Below are positions 1 to 12,955 of a stretch of DNA of 64,000 bases, in pieces. Below the pieces are notes generated by a model that ran no database searches, had not been told where the DNA came from, and saw only the letters and a list, made by a program, of their open reading frames with translations. Within the stretch, counting starts at the first letter, position 1, and each line of letters begins with the position of its first letter. Source of the stretch: Octopus bimaculoides (lineage: Eukaryota); the NCBI RefSeq assembly GCF_001194135.2, contig NC_068984.1:134841371-134905370 (forward strand), read 5' to 3'. Both the position numbers and the translations under genes were made by a program.

Positions 1-1327
1 ACACAAAGAAGACTCTGTTGTCCCTCCACTTATTAAAAATTGCAGCTAAAACACTCATATCATATGCTAGCATCTTAAAAACGGAAGGAAAGATAACGTC
101 GCCCACGTGATTATCACTTGGGTGACGTCTGAAAATTAGACACGAGGGAATCCTTTGACCGTGGATCTGCTTGATCAGAACTGACATTTAGATAAAGAAT
201 TTTAATGATACTATGAACATAAAAAACAAGAGTAACAGCAAGAGCTGCAACTGCTTTTACTATTGCTTTTAGTTTAAATTTAGCACCACCCACGCTGCTG
301 CTGACATTACGAAATTAACTGTACAGCTGTTACTTTTCCTTTGCTGTTGTGTTACCATATTTGCTGTATTAGATGCATGTTATGTGAGTGTCAAAGATGG
401 TCGCCGTACAAATTGCATATCTCGTAGTGGTATATAAAATTGATTATATTTGCACAATAGCATCAGGGAAGATTGGATTTTTGAATTCACTTCTGTCGGA
501 TTCCTGACAACAACAGCTGTTGGTTGCACCCCCCGCCTCCTTTCTCGTTGGTGTGGCGGCTATTCTTTAAATGTAGATTAAAGGAAAGATTTGAACTTCT
601 ATCACCGGATTATAAAGAAGACATTGCAAGTGAGGGTTTTTAATATCAATCGTCTCAACTGACCATCTAAATTAATTTTATAATATAAAATTTAAAAGCA
701 AATCTGCTTGATGCGTGATGACCTGGGGCTAAACAACATTAACAACAGCTGTTGTTTAAAGTATTAAATTAGACGCACACACGCAAAACACAGCAAAGCT
801 TTTTTAGCCTAATTTAACATCATTACTGATATAAAAAAATGCGCACGGATAAACTAAAAAGTAATCAGAATATAATATTGATCCTAAATAAATTAGCAAA
901 ATGCATAAACAGAGAAGCAAGCAAATAAATAAAAAGGTGTATTTGACGAAGAAAATAAATTAATAATTGATTTTTCAGATTTGTTTCATTTTGATGCATG
1001 ATGTAAACTGAGGTAAATGAGTTTACACGATTTTTAAAAGCTGTGTTGTACAGATAAAAATGAACTGTGGAAGTGAAGCTCATTTTTCATTTAATCATGC
1101 ACTTTATGTATCTCTATCGAAGCAACATACTTTTTTGTAAAACAAAAGTAAAATGAATGAATTACAAATAAAAAAAAACGGAACTTTAACTATGAAACTT
1201 CTCCATCATTCGCATAATGTCTGATCTAATTTTTTCATATATTAAATCAGTTTAAATCAATGTATTTAGATTTAGGAATAGAAAAGTTTATTTTTTATTC
1301 TTTATTTGTTGCAGACATTGGAAAGAG

Positions 1328-1393
1328 GTCATACTGGGACACAGCGTTGAACGGTTTTGGTCGAACCAATCGACCCCTAGGACTTGTTCTTTG
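1328..1393 (-). mobile_element. SINE family B, 3' fragment
   Basis: Reverse complement (aagaacaagtcctaggggtcgatt...cccagtatga) matches the 3' part of the family-B copy at 55912-56472. Confidence 0.5.
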
Positions 1394-1487
1394 AGGCAGG
1401 GACATATTGAATATTTCCCTTCGTTAAAAAACCACTAATTTATGGGTGACGTAAAGTAACTAATATACATACATGCATGCATACATA

Positions 1488-1664
1488 TACAAGTTCAGAT
1501 CCATACCTGTAATTATTGGAGCCCTGGGATATGCAACACAAAGCCTAGATACTAGTCTTGAGAAATTAACCTTCTCAAAACCAGAAAGGAGAAAGCTAAT
1601 TCGAAGACTACAGATCCAATCCATCACTGGAACTGTAAACATCGGTAAAAGTTTCCAAAAGTTT

Positions 1665-1670
<6 letters not shown>
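1488..1670 (+). mobile_element. Non-LTR retrotransposon 3' end (restriction-like endonuclease type), fragment
   Basis: Translation YKFRSIPVIIGALGY...KLIRRLQIQSITGTVNIGKSFQKFII contains the P-x-I-I-G-A-L-G C-terminal motif typical of RLE-class non-LTR elements. It runs straight into a (TA)n tail. Confidence 0.7.
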
Positions 1671-1698
<28 letters not shown>

Positions 1699-1911
1699 NN
1701 NNNNNNNNNNNNNNNNNNNNNNNNNNNNNNNNNNNNNNNNNNNNNNNNNNNNNNNNNNNNNNNNNNNNNNNNNNNNNNNNNNNNNNNNNNNNNNNNNNNN
1801 NNNNNNNNNNNNNNNNNNNNNNNNNNNNNNNNNNNNNNNNNNNNNNNNNNNNNNNNNNNNNNNNNNNNNNNNNNNNNNNNNNNNNNNNNNNNNNNNNNCT
1901 AGATATGCAAC

Positions 1912-2198
1912 GGAGGTGCGATGGCCCAGTGGTTAGGGCAGCGGACTCGAGGTCGGAATATCGCGGTTTCGATTCCCAGACCAGGCTTTGTGTGTGTTTA
2001 TTGAGCGAAAACACCTAAAGCTCCACGAGGCTCCGGCAGAGGGTGGTGACGACCCCTGTTGTACTCTATCGCCCCAACATTTTCTCACTCTTTCTTCCTG
2101 TTTCTTGAGTAATGTTGCGATGGACTGGCGTCCTGTCCAGCTGGGGGGGGGGACACATACGCCATAGAATCCGGGCCCATGAACCTGGCTAGGCTTTC
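1912..2198 (+). mobile_element. tRNA-derived SINE, family C
   Basis: A-box-like TGGCCCAGTGGTTAGG and B-box-like GGTTTCGATTCC; collinear second copy at 9298-9590. Confidence 0.85.
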
Positions 2199-2964
2199 TT
2201 AAACTTCTGAATATAAACATAACATAACAAAAAACCTAAACGTATTTTGTTTCACTTCTCTGTTCGCATACTCATTGACACATGTCACAGTCAGTCATAT
2301 GACAGCGTATGTAAGTAGTATTTTCCGATTCCGTGTCTTTGTCTAACTATTCACCACATGGTAACACCTACTATCTTTTTTATTTCTCTCCTGTTCTCTT
2401 CCCTTATTAAATAATCCCTTTTATTTCTAGCTAGATTTCTATTCCATTCACTCAATCCCACGCTCTTTTATTTTCACTTTCGCTTTCGATTTTACTTCAC
2501 AAAGTTTATAGTTCATAATTTAAGCGCAACTTTCAGTTCCGGTCACTAAACAACATAATTTCGTCACTGTTTAATGACAGTAACTTTTATTAAATTGATG
2601 GTCGTGAGACTCCCATATTATAATGTGGAGAACGTAATGCTGTTTATAATACATATTCTAATTGATTGTGTATTATGAGGCGGAATATTATAGAAGGAGT
2701 TTAAGTTGATTACATGAAAGGTGGTACGTAGCTTTAAACATGTTTTATAAGCCCTGCATGGACGGAAGGAAGAGACAACCATGATAATGATGAGGGAGTA
2801 TGAAAGGATAGTAAGGGTTATTTCTGATTCAGTCATTAATTTACATTAAGTGAATGAAATTTTCTCAAGCAACAGGGATATTAGCGAAGGTAATTATTGG
2901 CGGCGGAAATTAAAACCGGATTGTAATTCAGCTAAACCGCTTTTAACCTCATGGTTTAAGAACG

Positions 2965-3045
2965 ATAATAATAATAATAATAATGATAATAATAATGATG
3001 ATGATGATGTTGATGATGATGATGATGATGATAATAATGATGATG

Positions 3046-3085
<40 letters not shown>

Positions 3086-3105
3086 TAATAATAATGCTAG
3101 TAATA
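2965..3105. repeat. (AAT)n/(GAT)n compound microsatellite
   Basis: Seen directly; explains the poly-N/D ORF 2850-3110. Confidence 0.95.
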
Positions 3106-3814
3106 ATTAAGGTCCTTCCTGTGACTTGACAGATGACTGAAGATTCCGGTGTATTTTTACCTACACTGTGTTAGGAAGGAATAATAATGACAACAATAAG
3201 AACTAATAATTATTCGACGATGGTCCCTCGCTTACCATCCATGCAGTAAGTGCAAAAGATTGTCTTAACTGGTTCATCACGCGTATTGAGAAGGGCATTG
3301 TAGCTGTTAATTTTCTTTCGATTTTTCCTTTGTTTTCGTTTTTCATTTTTTCCTTTTTCTTCTTTCCTTTTTCTCTCTATCTTTCTTCCCCATTTGCTAG
3401 TTTTGTTTCCATGTTTCTCTTTCGTTGGTGTTGATAATCTTGTTGTTGTTGGCGGTGAAGGTTGTACTCGATTTGTTGTTGTTGCTGTTGCTTGATATGC
3501 TGTTGTTAAATAAGTTGTTAGTGATTTTGTTTAGTGTCACTCCTGAAATCCTGAACGGAAATCGTTATCCTTGAAAACTTGTTTCCATTGAAGGAAAATC
3601 TTTCGGAGACAATCTCTCTTTTCACCAAATTCTTCGTGACCGATTCTCAACATTGCAGGAATTGAAACAATTTTTGAAAGAGAAAAAAGAAAAAAAAAAT
3701 TCAGAAATTAAAAAAAAATTCAGAAATTAAAAAAAAATAGTCCCAGAGAAATGTGAGAGAAGAAAAGCACGGCAACTTCTCCGGCGTCGTAGTTGTGCAA
3801 CAAAATGGCCATTT

Positions 3815-4015
3815 GAAGAGTGTAGGAGTTCATTTGAACGAAGAAAAAATAACAACGATTCTTAAACTTACAGAGTGAAGTACATCTGAAGAGTTCAGCA
3901 GTCGAAATGCTTCCTCACCTCCCCTTCATCCACCCCGATTTCTCCTATGCACTCCTCAACTAATACGACCAGCATCACCATCTCTAGCCCATACCACTCC
4001 CCATCCTCCTCCTCC
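3815..4015 (+). repeat. Local duplication, copy 1 (copy 2 at 6361-6560)
   Basis: gaagagtgta...gagtgaagtacatctgaagagtt...ctcctcaactaatac recurs at 6361; the 90-nt core has 8 substitutions and no indels. Confidence 0.9.
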
Positions 4016-4115
4016 TCTTCCCCTCTTCCAGTTCCTTCTTTTCCTCCTCTCTTTCTTCTGCCCACTCCTTCCCTCCCCTTCCCTTCCCTCTTCTCCTTCC
4101 CCCTCCTCCCCTCCG

Positions 4116-4628
4116 AAAGTCGACCTTGGCAGAATTTGAACTCAGAACGTAAAGACAGACGAAATACCGTTACGCATTATCGCCCGGCGTACTAACGTTT
4201 CTCCCGACTCGCTTCTTTGATAATAATAACCATTATAACAATAATAATTATAGTAGTAGTAGTAGTAGTAGTAGTAGTAGCGACAATTATGATAATAATA
4301 AACGTAGTGACAGGAAAGTTTCTTCAATATAGCAACGTCAGTATTATGTTATATGCATAAAATCAATGTTTCTTCAATATCTTTCCTACACATGGCACAA
4401 GGCCCGAAATTTTGGGGGAAGGGGCCAGTCGATTAGATCGACATCAGTATGGAACTGGTACTTAATTCATCAACCCCGAGAGGATGAAAGGCAAAGTCGG
4501 CCTCTGCAGAATTTGAACTCAGAACGTAAAGACAGACGAAATACCGCTCGGAGTGCTAACGTTTCTGCCTGCTCGCTGCTTTGATAATAATATTAACCAT
4601 TATAACAATAATAATTATAGTGGTAGTG

Positions 4629-4668
<40 letters not shown>

Positions 4669-4792
4669 TAGTAACAGTAGCAGTAGTAGTAGTAGTAGTA
4701 GTAACGACAATTATGATAATAATCAACGTAGTGACAGGAAAGTTTCTTCAATATAGCAACGTCAGTATTATGTTATATACATTAAATCAATG
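4116..4792. repeat. Tandem duplication of a SINE-A fragment + (TAG)n + unique flank (units 4116-4368 and 4494-4792)
   Basis: cagaatttgaactcagaacgtaaagacagacgaaatacc...aacgtagtgacaggaaagtttcttcaatatagcaacgtcagtattatg occurs twice. Confidence 0.9.
4394..4579 (-). mobile_element. tRNA-derived SINE, family A
   Basis: Reverse complement matches family-A copies at 7053 and 37094 (gttctgagttcaaattc...gcctttcatcct...ggggttgatgaattaagtacc). Confidence 0.85.
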
Positions 4793-5680
4793 AAGAATCA
4801 ATTTGAATTATTTCTCGTTTTCTCATATAGATGTGAGTGTGTGTGTATGTATTCTCTGATTTATTTTTCTTGCCTTTCTCTGTATGTATATATGTATATG
4901 TTTATTATACTATATCGATGTTCACTTTGTTACGGATAGATCGACGTAGTCGTTGATTGGTTGCGTTGCTTTAGTTAAAGTTTCTAATCTTATCTGCCGT
5001 TGGTTGCCGAAGCAGTTTCTATGTAAATCGTGATTTATTTCACGTAATTGTATTATTCATTAGTATGTTTTATTTATTTTATTTCATTTGTTGTTTTTTT
5101 TTTAGGAGATGATTAGATTTATTTGCCCATCAGGCTGTATAATTGTATACTTGTCTATGCGTGAGTAAAAGATAGAAAGAGGAGGAAAAAAGACAGACTG
5201 AATAGAGAAAAAAAAATTGCTAAAAAGAAGCCACAACAAAAAAAAACGAAACAAAAACATCATGTTTACATATTGATAAATTTTCTACATTGGTAAAATT
5301 ATGTAAATGGTATTGGGTGAAAATGTCTGTAAGGAAAGTAAACGAAAGGAATATTTCAAAGACAATTGAATCTTCATATCTCTATTTCTCTATATCAATC
5401 ACATTATTGGTTAGTACGGACTTTTTACAATTATTCAGTCCGGGCAAGGGGAGGAGACGCAGTCTTCATTGATTTGGCTGTCTCAATGAGACTGATATGA
5501 TCAATCCGTGTGTCCTATTGTGTCTGAAGCGCAAGAACACGTCTTGGGATAGATGTGTCTAACTAACGCAATGCTTCTCAAATGGGGTCCACATAAGATT
5601 TTGTTGTTAAAATTTATGTACAAAAGATTGCTTATACTTCTAGAATACACAAAATATTTTCACAATTTTTTTTTTTTATT

Positions 5681-5857
5681 CAGGCGTGGCTGTATGGTAA
5701 GAAGCTTGTTTCCGAACTCCATGGTTCCAGGTTCAGTTCCATTGCATCGCACCTCGGGCAAGTGTCTTCTACTATAACTTCGGGCTGACCAAAGCCTCGT
5801 GAGTGGATTTGGTAGACGAAAACTGTAAGAAACCCATCATATATATATATATATGTT

Positions 5858-5891
<34 letters not shown>

Positions 5892-6088
5892 TTTGTGTCT
5901 GTGTTTACCCTCCACCACCGCTTGACAACCGGTGTTGGAGTGTTTTACGCCCTCGTAGTTTAGCGGTTCGGCGGAAGGGACCGATAGAATGAATACCAGG
6001 TTAAAAAAAAAAAGTCATGGTTTTTATTTCTTCGACTAAAACCTTTCAAGCTGGTGCCTCAGTATGGCCGCAATCAAATGACTGCTTG
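5681..6088 (+). mobile_element. tRNA-derived SINE, family B, with internal (TA)n(TG)n
   Basis: ggctgtatggtaagaagcttg...ggttcagttcc...gggcaagtgtcttctactata...gtggatttggtagacg; collinear with 12541 and 55912. Confidence 0.85.
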
Positions 6089-6360
6089 ACAATTTTTAAT
6101 CATAAAAGAATAATATGAATTTCTTAAACGTATAATGATTATAGGGGACCAATAAATTATAATAACATTCAACGGTGTCCATTGACAAAAATTGGTTGGG
6201 AACTCCTGGTCGACCAGTAGTAGTAACGACAGTTATAATAGTAATCAACGTAATGACAGAAAAGTTTCTTCGATATCTTTCATACTCTAGGTACAAGGCC
6301 CGAAATTTTGTGGGAAGGGGCCAGTCGATTAGATCGACCTCAGTACTCATATATTCATTA

Positions 6361-6560
6361 GAAGAGTGTAGAAATTCATTTCAACAGAGAAAAAAATAAC
6401 ACGCTTCTTAAACTTAAAGAGTGAAGTACATCTGAAGAGTTCGGCAGTCGAAATGCTTCAGCATCTCCCCATCATCCAACCCGATCTCTCCTATCCACTC
6501 CTCAACTAATACCACCGCCATCACCTCCTCTAGCACATACTCCTCCCCATCCTCCTCCTC
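6361..6560 (+). repeat. Local duplication, copy 2 of 3815-4015
   Basis: Direct alignment by eye to 3815-4015. Confidence 0.9.
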
Positions 6561-7052
6561 GATGACCACCATCACCATCACTATCTCCTTCTCCACTGCT
6601 GTCCCTCCTTCTCCTCCTCTTCTGTTACTCCCCTTCCTTTCCTCCACTTCTTCTCCTCCTCCTCTTCCTGTTTATAGCACAAATATCACTCATTGATTGT
6701 GTGACACCACTGGATAGAGACGAGGTAAGAGCGTGAAAGATTGACAACTCGCCTTGTTAGGCCAGCGATTACATCATACTGCCACGTGAATCTGTAGAAA
6801 TCTTCACTGGATGGAATTTGTTAAAAAGTATAGTCGACAATATATGTAACACGCAGTAACATGTTTCCGTATATGGGAGCAACTGTTGGTGTTCCGTAGC
6901 CCAGGACAAATATGGTTGAGGGTAATGATTGTAGAAAGCATTTAAGCTGTAAATAATTAACGAATCTTTTTGGAAGATGAGGTTTGAGTGAGATTTGGTT
7001 GTTATTTTTTGTAAAGTGAGCAACGTCTTGGAGGCTTCGTTATTAACTGGCC

Positions 7053-7272
7053 TTAAGGCAGCGAGCTGGCAGAATCGTGAGCACGCTAGACGAAATGCCT
7101 AGCGGTATTTCACCCATCGCTACATTCCGAGTTCAAATTCCGCCCGGTCGACTTTGCCTTTCATCCTTTTGGGGTCGATAAATTAAGTACCAGTGAAACA
7201 CTGGAAGGGGGCGATGTAATCGACTAGTACCCTCTCCTCTAAATTTCAGGCCTTGTGCCTTTAGTAGAAAGG
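7053..7272 (+). mobile_element. tRNA-derived SINE, family A, full length with 14-bp TSD
   Basis: Head ggcagcgagctggcagaatcg with B-box GAGTTCAAATTCC; perfect direct repeat gttattaactggcc at 7039-7052 and 7273-7286. Confidence 0.92.
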
Positions 7273-7353
7273 GTTATTAACTGGCCCGCATACCCGCTGA
7301 ATACCTGCTGATCGTCAGCAGTTGATCAAAATTGAAATCCTTTAAGATGCTGG

Positions 7354-7398
<45 letters not shown>

Positions 7399-7455
7399 GG
7401 AGAGAACGAGAGAGACAATGTGAGGAAGGGATGATGTACGTGTGTGTGTGGGGGG

Positions 7456-7489
<34 letters not shown>

Positions 7490-9297
7490 ATTTATATGTA
7501 AGCAACTATTTGACCAAATCACTTCTCTACAATTTTGTGCCAAACCTAGATATTGTTATTCTCCGTACACATACAAACTACTTTTGTATATGTAAGCTGC
7601 AGATTACTCGTATTAAGGATTTGCGGTTGATTTCTTCCTAGTCATTTATTGTACAAGATCTGTAAAGTTTTACCGGCTTCAATATTGTAATAACTTTTGT
7701 TTGGCAAATAAATCTTTTGTCATTTATGGTAAACAAAATTTACTTATCTTTGACTGATAGGTATCCTATGGTTTATACGTAAATCTATACCACAAATTTC
7801 AATTGTATTGTTGCAACGATTCGGATATAAATTTCAATCGCCTGAAAATTAGTAGTATAAATAATTTGTCACATTAACATTCAATGAATCCTGTTCTTAT
7901 TTCGTAAATGCAATCCTTTCACTAAAATTTCGGAGAAAGTGATATTTTCGTTAATGCCTGATTGGTATGGCACAATTCTAAAAAAAAAAATAATTCTCTG
8001 TGCATTGAATAAGTTTCTTTTCCTTCTCCAATTGACAGGATTAAGACTAAAACTTCGTTTGTTCAGTTTTCATGGATGTAGTTGATTCTGGAAGAGGTGT
8101 GTTGGGGTTTTGGATAACTGTCATTTCCTTTCACCGAAATAATAATGGCTTTAGTGTTAAAAGCTCCTGGAACTGTGAAAGTCAGTTATCTCTGTAGGAT
8201 GGTTAAAAATCCTACTACAAAGCTGTCACAGCTATTTGTGTCTGTTATTATAAAAACAAACTGATTGAAATAATGTGGAATATATGTAAGGGAAATACAA
8301 AGAGATATGTGTAGTTTTATAAAGAAAGAATGACACAAGCAAATAAATTGATGAAATAACAGAGGAAGAGTAAGTATAAAGAAAAGAAGAAACGTTACTA
8401 AAACCCATGATAAATCCATAGATGCTACAAAATTGCGAATTGTTACTGTACTTACGGTAACAGTCAATGAAAAGAGGCTGCCAAGTCAATGAAATCTTAC
8501 GTCAGAAGCTATTTGCTGCGTAACCTCTTTGTTGTATTTCTGACAAGTACGCACATAAAACAAAATACATTTAGAGAACATAGAAAAGAGAGAGAGAGAG
8601 AGAGAGGTGGAGAAGGTATGGCGGACAGATACATTGATGTTGGATATTTCCTATGAAGTGAAAGACAAGTGTTGAAATATTAAGTTTGTTTTATCAGCTT
8701 AATATTTACAACGTACTAAAATATAAAACAGAGTACAAACAAATGATAAAGATTGCTTACGTTTTTTTTAATTGATTTCTTACATAAGGAAAATAGCAAT
8801 AGTTTGTCAAGAAATCTACCGGAATGCTTTTAAAGAAAATCAACTTGGATGATTGCGTATACTAAGTGCCAAGTGTATTAATTTATTTCAAATAACAAGC
8901 TTCTAATAGAAATTTATCGTAATGTTGATTTTATAAGGATACTGAAATATTTATGCTTGAAGTAATAGTGGAAGAAGAGAATGAAGAATTTCATTTTTCA
9001 TGTCTTGTTTAATTGTATGTCTCATCTTAACAATCACGTCAATGGGGAATTGCATTCCAGCCGTGCATCCCGGTTATTTTTGCCGTATGTTTATACATAC
9101 GACTTCATTAGAAATGGTGGTGTACCATTTCTGCGTTCATCAACAGTTCATACTGTACAGAAAATACAGGAAAAGTGGTAAGAATCGAAGGGCGACGTAA
9201 GGATAATGCAAAACGAAGTAATGATCTCAAAATGATTATTATGATAATGTTGGTTATAAAATTGATGCCAATATCAATAGAGTTGTACAAGCCGGCG

Positions 9298-9590
9298 AGA
9301 GGTGAAATGGCTCAGCGGTTAGGGCAGCGGACTTGCAGTCAAAGAATCGTGGTTTCGATTCCCAGATCGGGCGTTGTGAGTGTTTATTGAGCGAAAACAC
9401 CTAAGCTCCACTAGGCTCCGGCACGGGGTGGTGGCGAACCATGTACTCTTTCGCCCCAACTTTCTCTCACTCTTTTTTCCTGTTTCTTGAGTAACGCTGC
9501 GATAGATTGGCGTCCAGTTCCCTGGAGGGAACACATACGCCATAGAAACCTGGAAACCGGGCCCATGAGTCTGGCTAGGCTTTGAAAGGG
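9298..9590 (+). mobile_element. tRNA-derived SINE, family C
   Basis: Collinear with 1912-2198 (tggctcagcggttagggcagcggact...ggtttcgattcccaga...gagcgaaaacaccta). Confidence 0.85.
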
Positions 9591-9604
9591 GGAGGGGCGG
9601 CGTT

Positions 9605-9835
9605 TATCGTTTTATAAGCCGGCTAGCTGTCAGTCTCGTTAGCTCGCAAGGCAAAATGCTCAGGGCCAGTTCGTCCGTCTTTACGTTCTGAGATCAAATT
9701 CCGCCAAGGTCGGCTTTGCTTTTCATCTTCTCGAGGGTCGATAATTTGCACTGGACGGTCGATGTAATAGGCTTGGCACATCCCATCCCCCCACTCCCGA
9801 AACTGCTGTCCGTGTGCTAAAATTTGAATCCTGCA
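9605..9835 (+). mobile_element. SINE family A, degenerate
   Basis: ctttacgttctgagatcaaattccgccaaggtcggctttgcttttcatc matches the family-A core. Confidence 0.75.
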
Positions 9836-10390
9836 TTAATAAAGTAAATAATGAATAATGTTCCTCGTCCATACTTTCTTCCTTTGTTCATTTGTTTCTC
9901 GCCCACCTCTAGAATAGTAAATATATACATGTATTCATCTATACATGATGCACACTCATGCCTACATATATACATATATACAGAGGCATACATTTACATA
10001 TGTATATGTACAGAAAACGGCACCGCATAAGCATTCATACATACATACATACATTCACAGTAACGCATACTATTTCCTGTCGAGCTTTCTCGTATATTTA
10101 TGATTTCACACTGGCTTACAAGTACACACACAATATATAATTTTCATTTGTCTTTAATATACACGCATTACACTCTGCAGCACAAACATACAGTAATTTC
10201 TACAGTACGTCTACACAACACTTAAACCTTGCACATTACACATAACCCTACATACAGCTGTCACTTTTATCCGAAATGCTCTTCACTCACGTCGGAAACA
10301 TAAGAACAAATCAGACCAAATGTAATACCAACTTATATTTCCACCCGTCGCCTTCAGGCCAGCACGGGATAGCATATCTATCCATCTTTC

Positions 10391-10401
10391 TGTCTATCTA
10401 C

Positions 10402-10477
<76 letters not shown>

Positions 10478-10660
10478 ATATCTATCTATCTATCTATCTA
10501 TCTTTACATATCTTCCCATTTTTGTCTGTCCGTCTACCTACCTACCTACCTACCTACCTACCTACCTACCTACCTACCTACCTGCCTGCCTACCTACATA
10601 TCAACCCTATATTTCTCAATCTATCTATAAATATCCATCGATCGATTGTGTGTGTATGCA

Positions 10661-10759
<99 letters not shown>

Positions 10760-10816
10760 ATGTTAATATGAAAATAAATCCACAAACATATACGTGGGTA
10801 TCTTGTGTGCATTTGC

Positions 10817-10852
<36 letters not shown>

Positions 10853-10870
10853 GCACATACATATATACAT
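10391..10870. repeat. Compound microsatellite block (TCTA)n, (CCTA)n, (CA)n, (TA)n
   Basis: Seen directly; source of ORF 10276-10989. Confidence 0.95.
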
Positions 10871-12540
10871 ACATACGTACATACATTCCCTTAGAAATAT
10901 GTACATACACACACATCACGCGCATACACAAACATACACACACATATGTATGTACGTATGTATGCACAATTACATACGCATACGCATAAACCGGAGTCTA
11001 CATACACGACCGACATCTTCACAGTCACTTTTTTTACGTACAATATTCACCGCATCGAAAGGAATATCTGTCAGCAGTATTCTGAACTATACATTAATAT
11101 TATGGTTTATTGTTTTCATTTTATTTATTTTAGTTATATTTTTTGTGTTCCTCTATTATTGATATTTATCGTCTGTTTTACGTATGTTTTTTGCAATATG
11201 TTATATATAATTTTTAGTTTACAGTAATTGAAGGAACTGCATAAANNNNNNNNNNNNNNNNNNNNNNNNNNNNNNNNNNNNNNNNNNNNNNNNNNNNNNN
11301 NNNNNNNNNNNNNNNNNNNNNNNNNNNNNNNNNNNNNNNNNNNNNNNNNNNNNNNNNNNNNNNNNNNNNNNNNNNNNNNNNNNNNNNNNNNNNNNNNNNN
11401 NNNNNNNNNNNNNNNNNNNNNNNNNNNNNNNNNNNNNNNNNNNNNNNNNNNNNNNNNNNNNNNNNNNNNNNNNNNNNNNNNNNNNNNNNNNNNNNNNNNN
11501 NNNNNNNNNNNNNNNNNNNNNNNNNNNNNNNNNNNNNNNNNNNNNNNNNNNNNNNNNNNNNNNNNNNNNNNNNNNNNNNNNNNNNNNNNNNNNNNNNNNN
11601 NNNNNNNNNNNNNNNNNNNNNNNNNNNNNNNNNNNNNNNNNNNNNNNNNNNNNNNNNNNNNNNNNNNNNNNNNNNNNNNNNNNNNNNNNNNNNNNNNNNN
11701 NNNNNNNNNNNNNNNNNNNNNNNNNNNNNNNNNNNNNNNNNNNNNNNNNNNNNNNNNNNNNNNNNNNNNNNNNNNNNNNNNNNNNNNNNNNNNNNNNNNN
11801 NNNNNNNNNNNNNNNNNNNNNNNNNNNNNNNNNNNNNNNNNNNNNNNNNNNNNNNNNNNNNNNNNNNNNNNNNNNNNNNNNNNNNNNNNNNNNNNNNNNN
11901 NNNNNNNNNNNNNNNNNNNNNNNNNNNNNNNNNNNNNNNNNNNNNNNNNNNNNNNNNNNNNNNNNNNNNATATATATGCATATATAAAAATTTTATATAG
12001 CTATACCTAACTATACTCATGTGTGTGTGGATATATTTGCGTATAGAATACGTATGTGCCTGATACTATGAATATTATACAATCTGTGTTGGTTAGATGA
12101 AAATGTACTTCCCCTATCTTAAGAGTATACATGTATATTTATGTAATGTGTGTGTGTTTACGAAGACAACTATAATACCAATCGAAAATAAGAAATGAAA
12201 AAAAACAATTAATAAATTCACTTGTTTATAATTTCCCCTTTCTTTTCAATATTTTAGATTTAAGCCACTTAATCAGAAACTATAGAGATCATCTGAACTT
12301 GTGCTGCCTTGTTATATGAAGCAGGGATGAGGTTACACGTTTGAGAAGATATGACATCGAAGCAGTGGAGGCTGTAAAAAGTGATGTAGAAACTATTGTG
12401 ACAATCGAAAAGGAGTAATTGTGAATTATTTACCTGTTTTGTCCTAAACATCATAGGCATGTGTTTCTAAAATTTAAGGTCACTCTTCTCAGAATCAATT
12501 TTTCCTTCCTTAGACTACAGAAGCATTTGACATTTTAGCC

Positions 12541-12686
12541 AATGTAGCCGCTCGGTCAGCTTGCTTCCAAACTGGTTCAGTCTCACTGCGTGGTACCTTG
12601 AGCAAGTGTCTTCTATTATAGCCTCAAGCCGGCCAAAGATGAGTGGATTTAGTGGGTAGAAATTGAAAGAAGGCCGTCATGTATGA

Positions 12687-12736
<50 letters not shown>

Positions 12737-12955
12737 GTGTGTGTGAGTGTGTGTTTGTTTGTCCTCCATCACCGCTTGATAACCGGAATCGGCGTGTTTA
12801 CATCGATGTAAATTAGCGGTTCGGCAAAAGATACGGATGAAATAAATACCACGCTTAAAAAGTTACTGGAGTCGATTCATTCAGCTATAATGTCTCCAAG
12901 GTGGTGCCCCAACATAACCGCTGTCTAATAACTGAAACAAGTAAAAGATAAAAAG
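12541..12955 (+). mobile_element. SINE family B with internal (TA)n(TG)n
   Basis: ctgcgtggtaccttgagcaagtgtcttctattatagcc...ttagcggttcggcaaaagat...actgaaacaagtaaaagataaaa. Confidence 0.85.

Noticed and set aside
6432-6465. CTGAAGAG...CGAAATGCTTCAGCATC as a fourth hammerhead
   Set aside because: Core and stem III (ATGC/GCAT, AUC site) are present, but stem II barely pairs, there is no stem I, and the paralogous copy at 3886 breaks stem III.
3874-6509. Duplicated 90-nt frame SEVHLKSSAVEML..LLN* (3874-3963, 6420-6509) as alternative terminal exons
   Set aside because: The 8 differences split 2 synonymous to 6 non-synonymous, as expected under neutrality, and the second copy has a poor AAG acceptor.
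3236-7349. Phase-compatible minus-strand exon pair 7305-7349 (ILKDFNFDQLLTIS) + 3236-3303 (YNALLNTRDEPVKTIFCTYCMD)
   Set aside because: The acceptor of the second exon is preceded by a purine-rich tract (ggaaaaatcgaaagaaaattaacag), the first donor (GTATTC) is weak, and the peptide is not recognisable.
8186-8467. Hydrophobic ORF superficially like GPCR TM6-TM7
   Set aside because: It is the reverse complement of A-rich sequence, lacks convincing CWxP/NPxxY motifs, and is closed by a stop just upstream.
12258-12418. Frame after a good acceptor with an in-frame TGA at 12317 (possible selenocysteine)
   Set aside because: A single TGA is expected by chance in AT-rich DNA; there is no recognisable selenoprotein motif and no SECIS identified.
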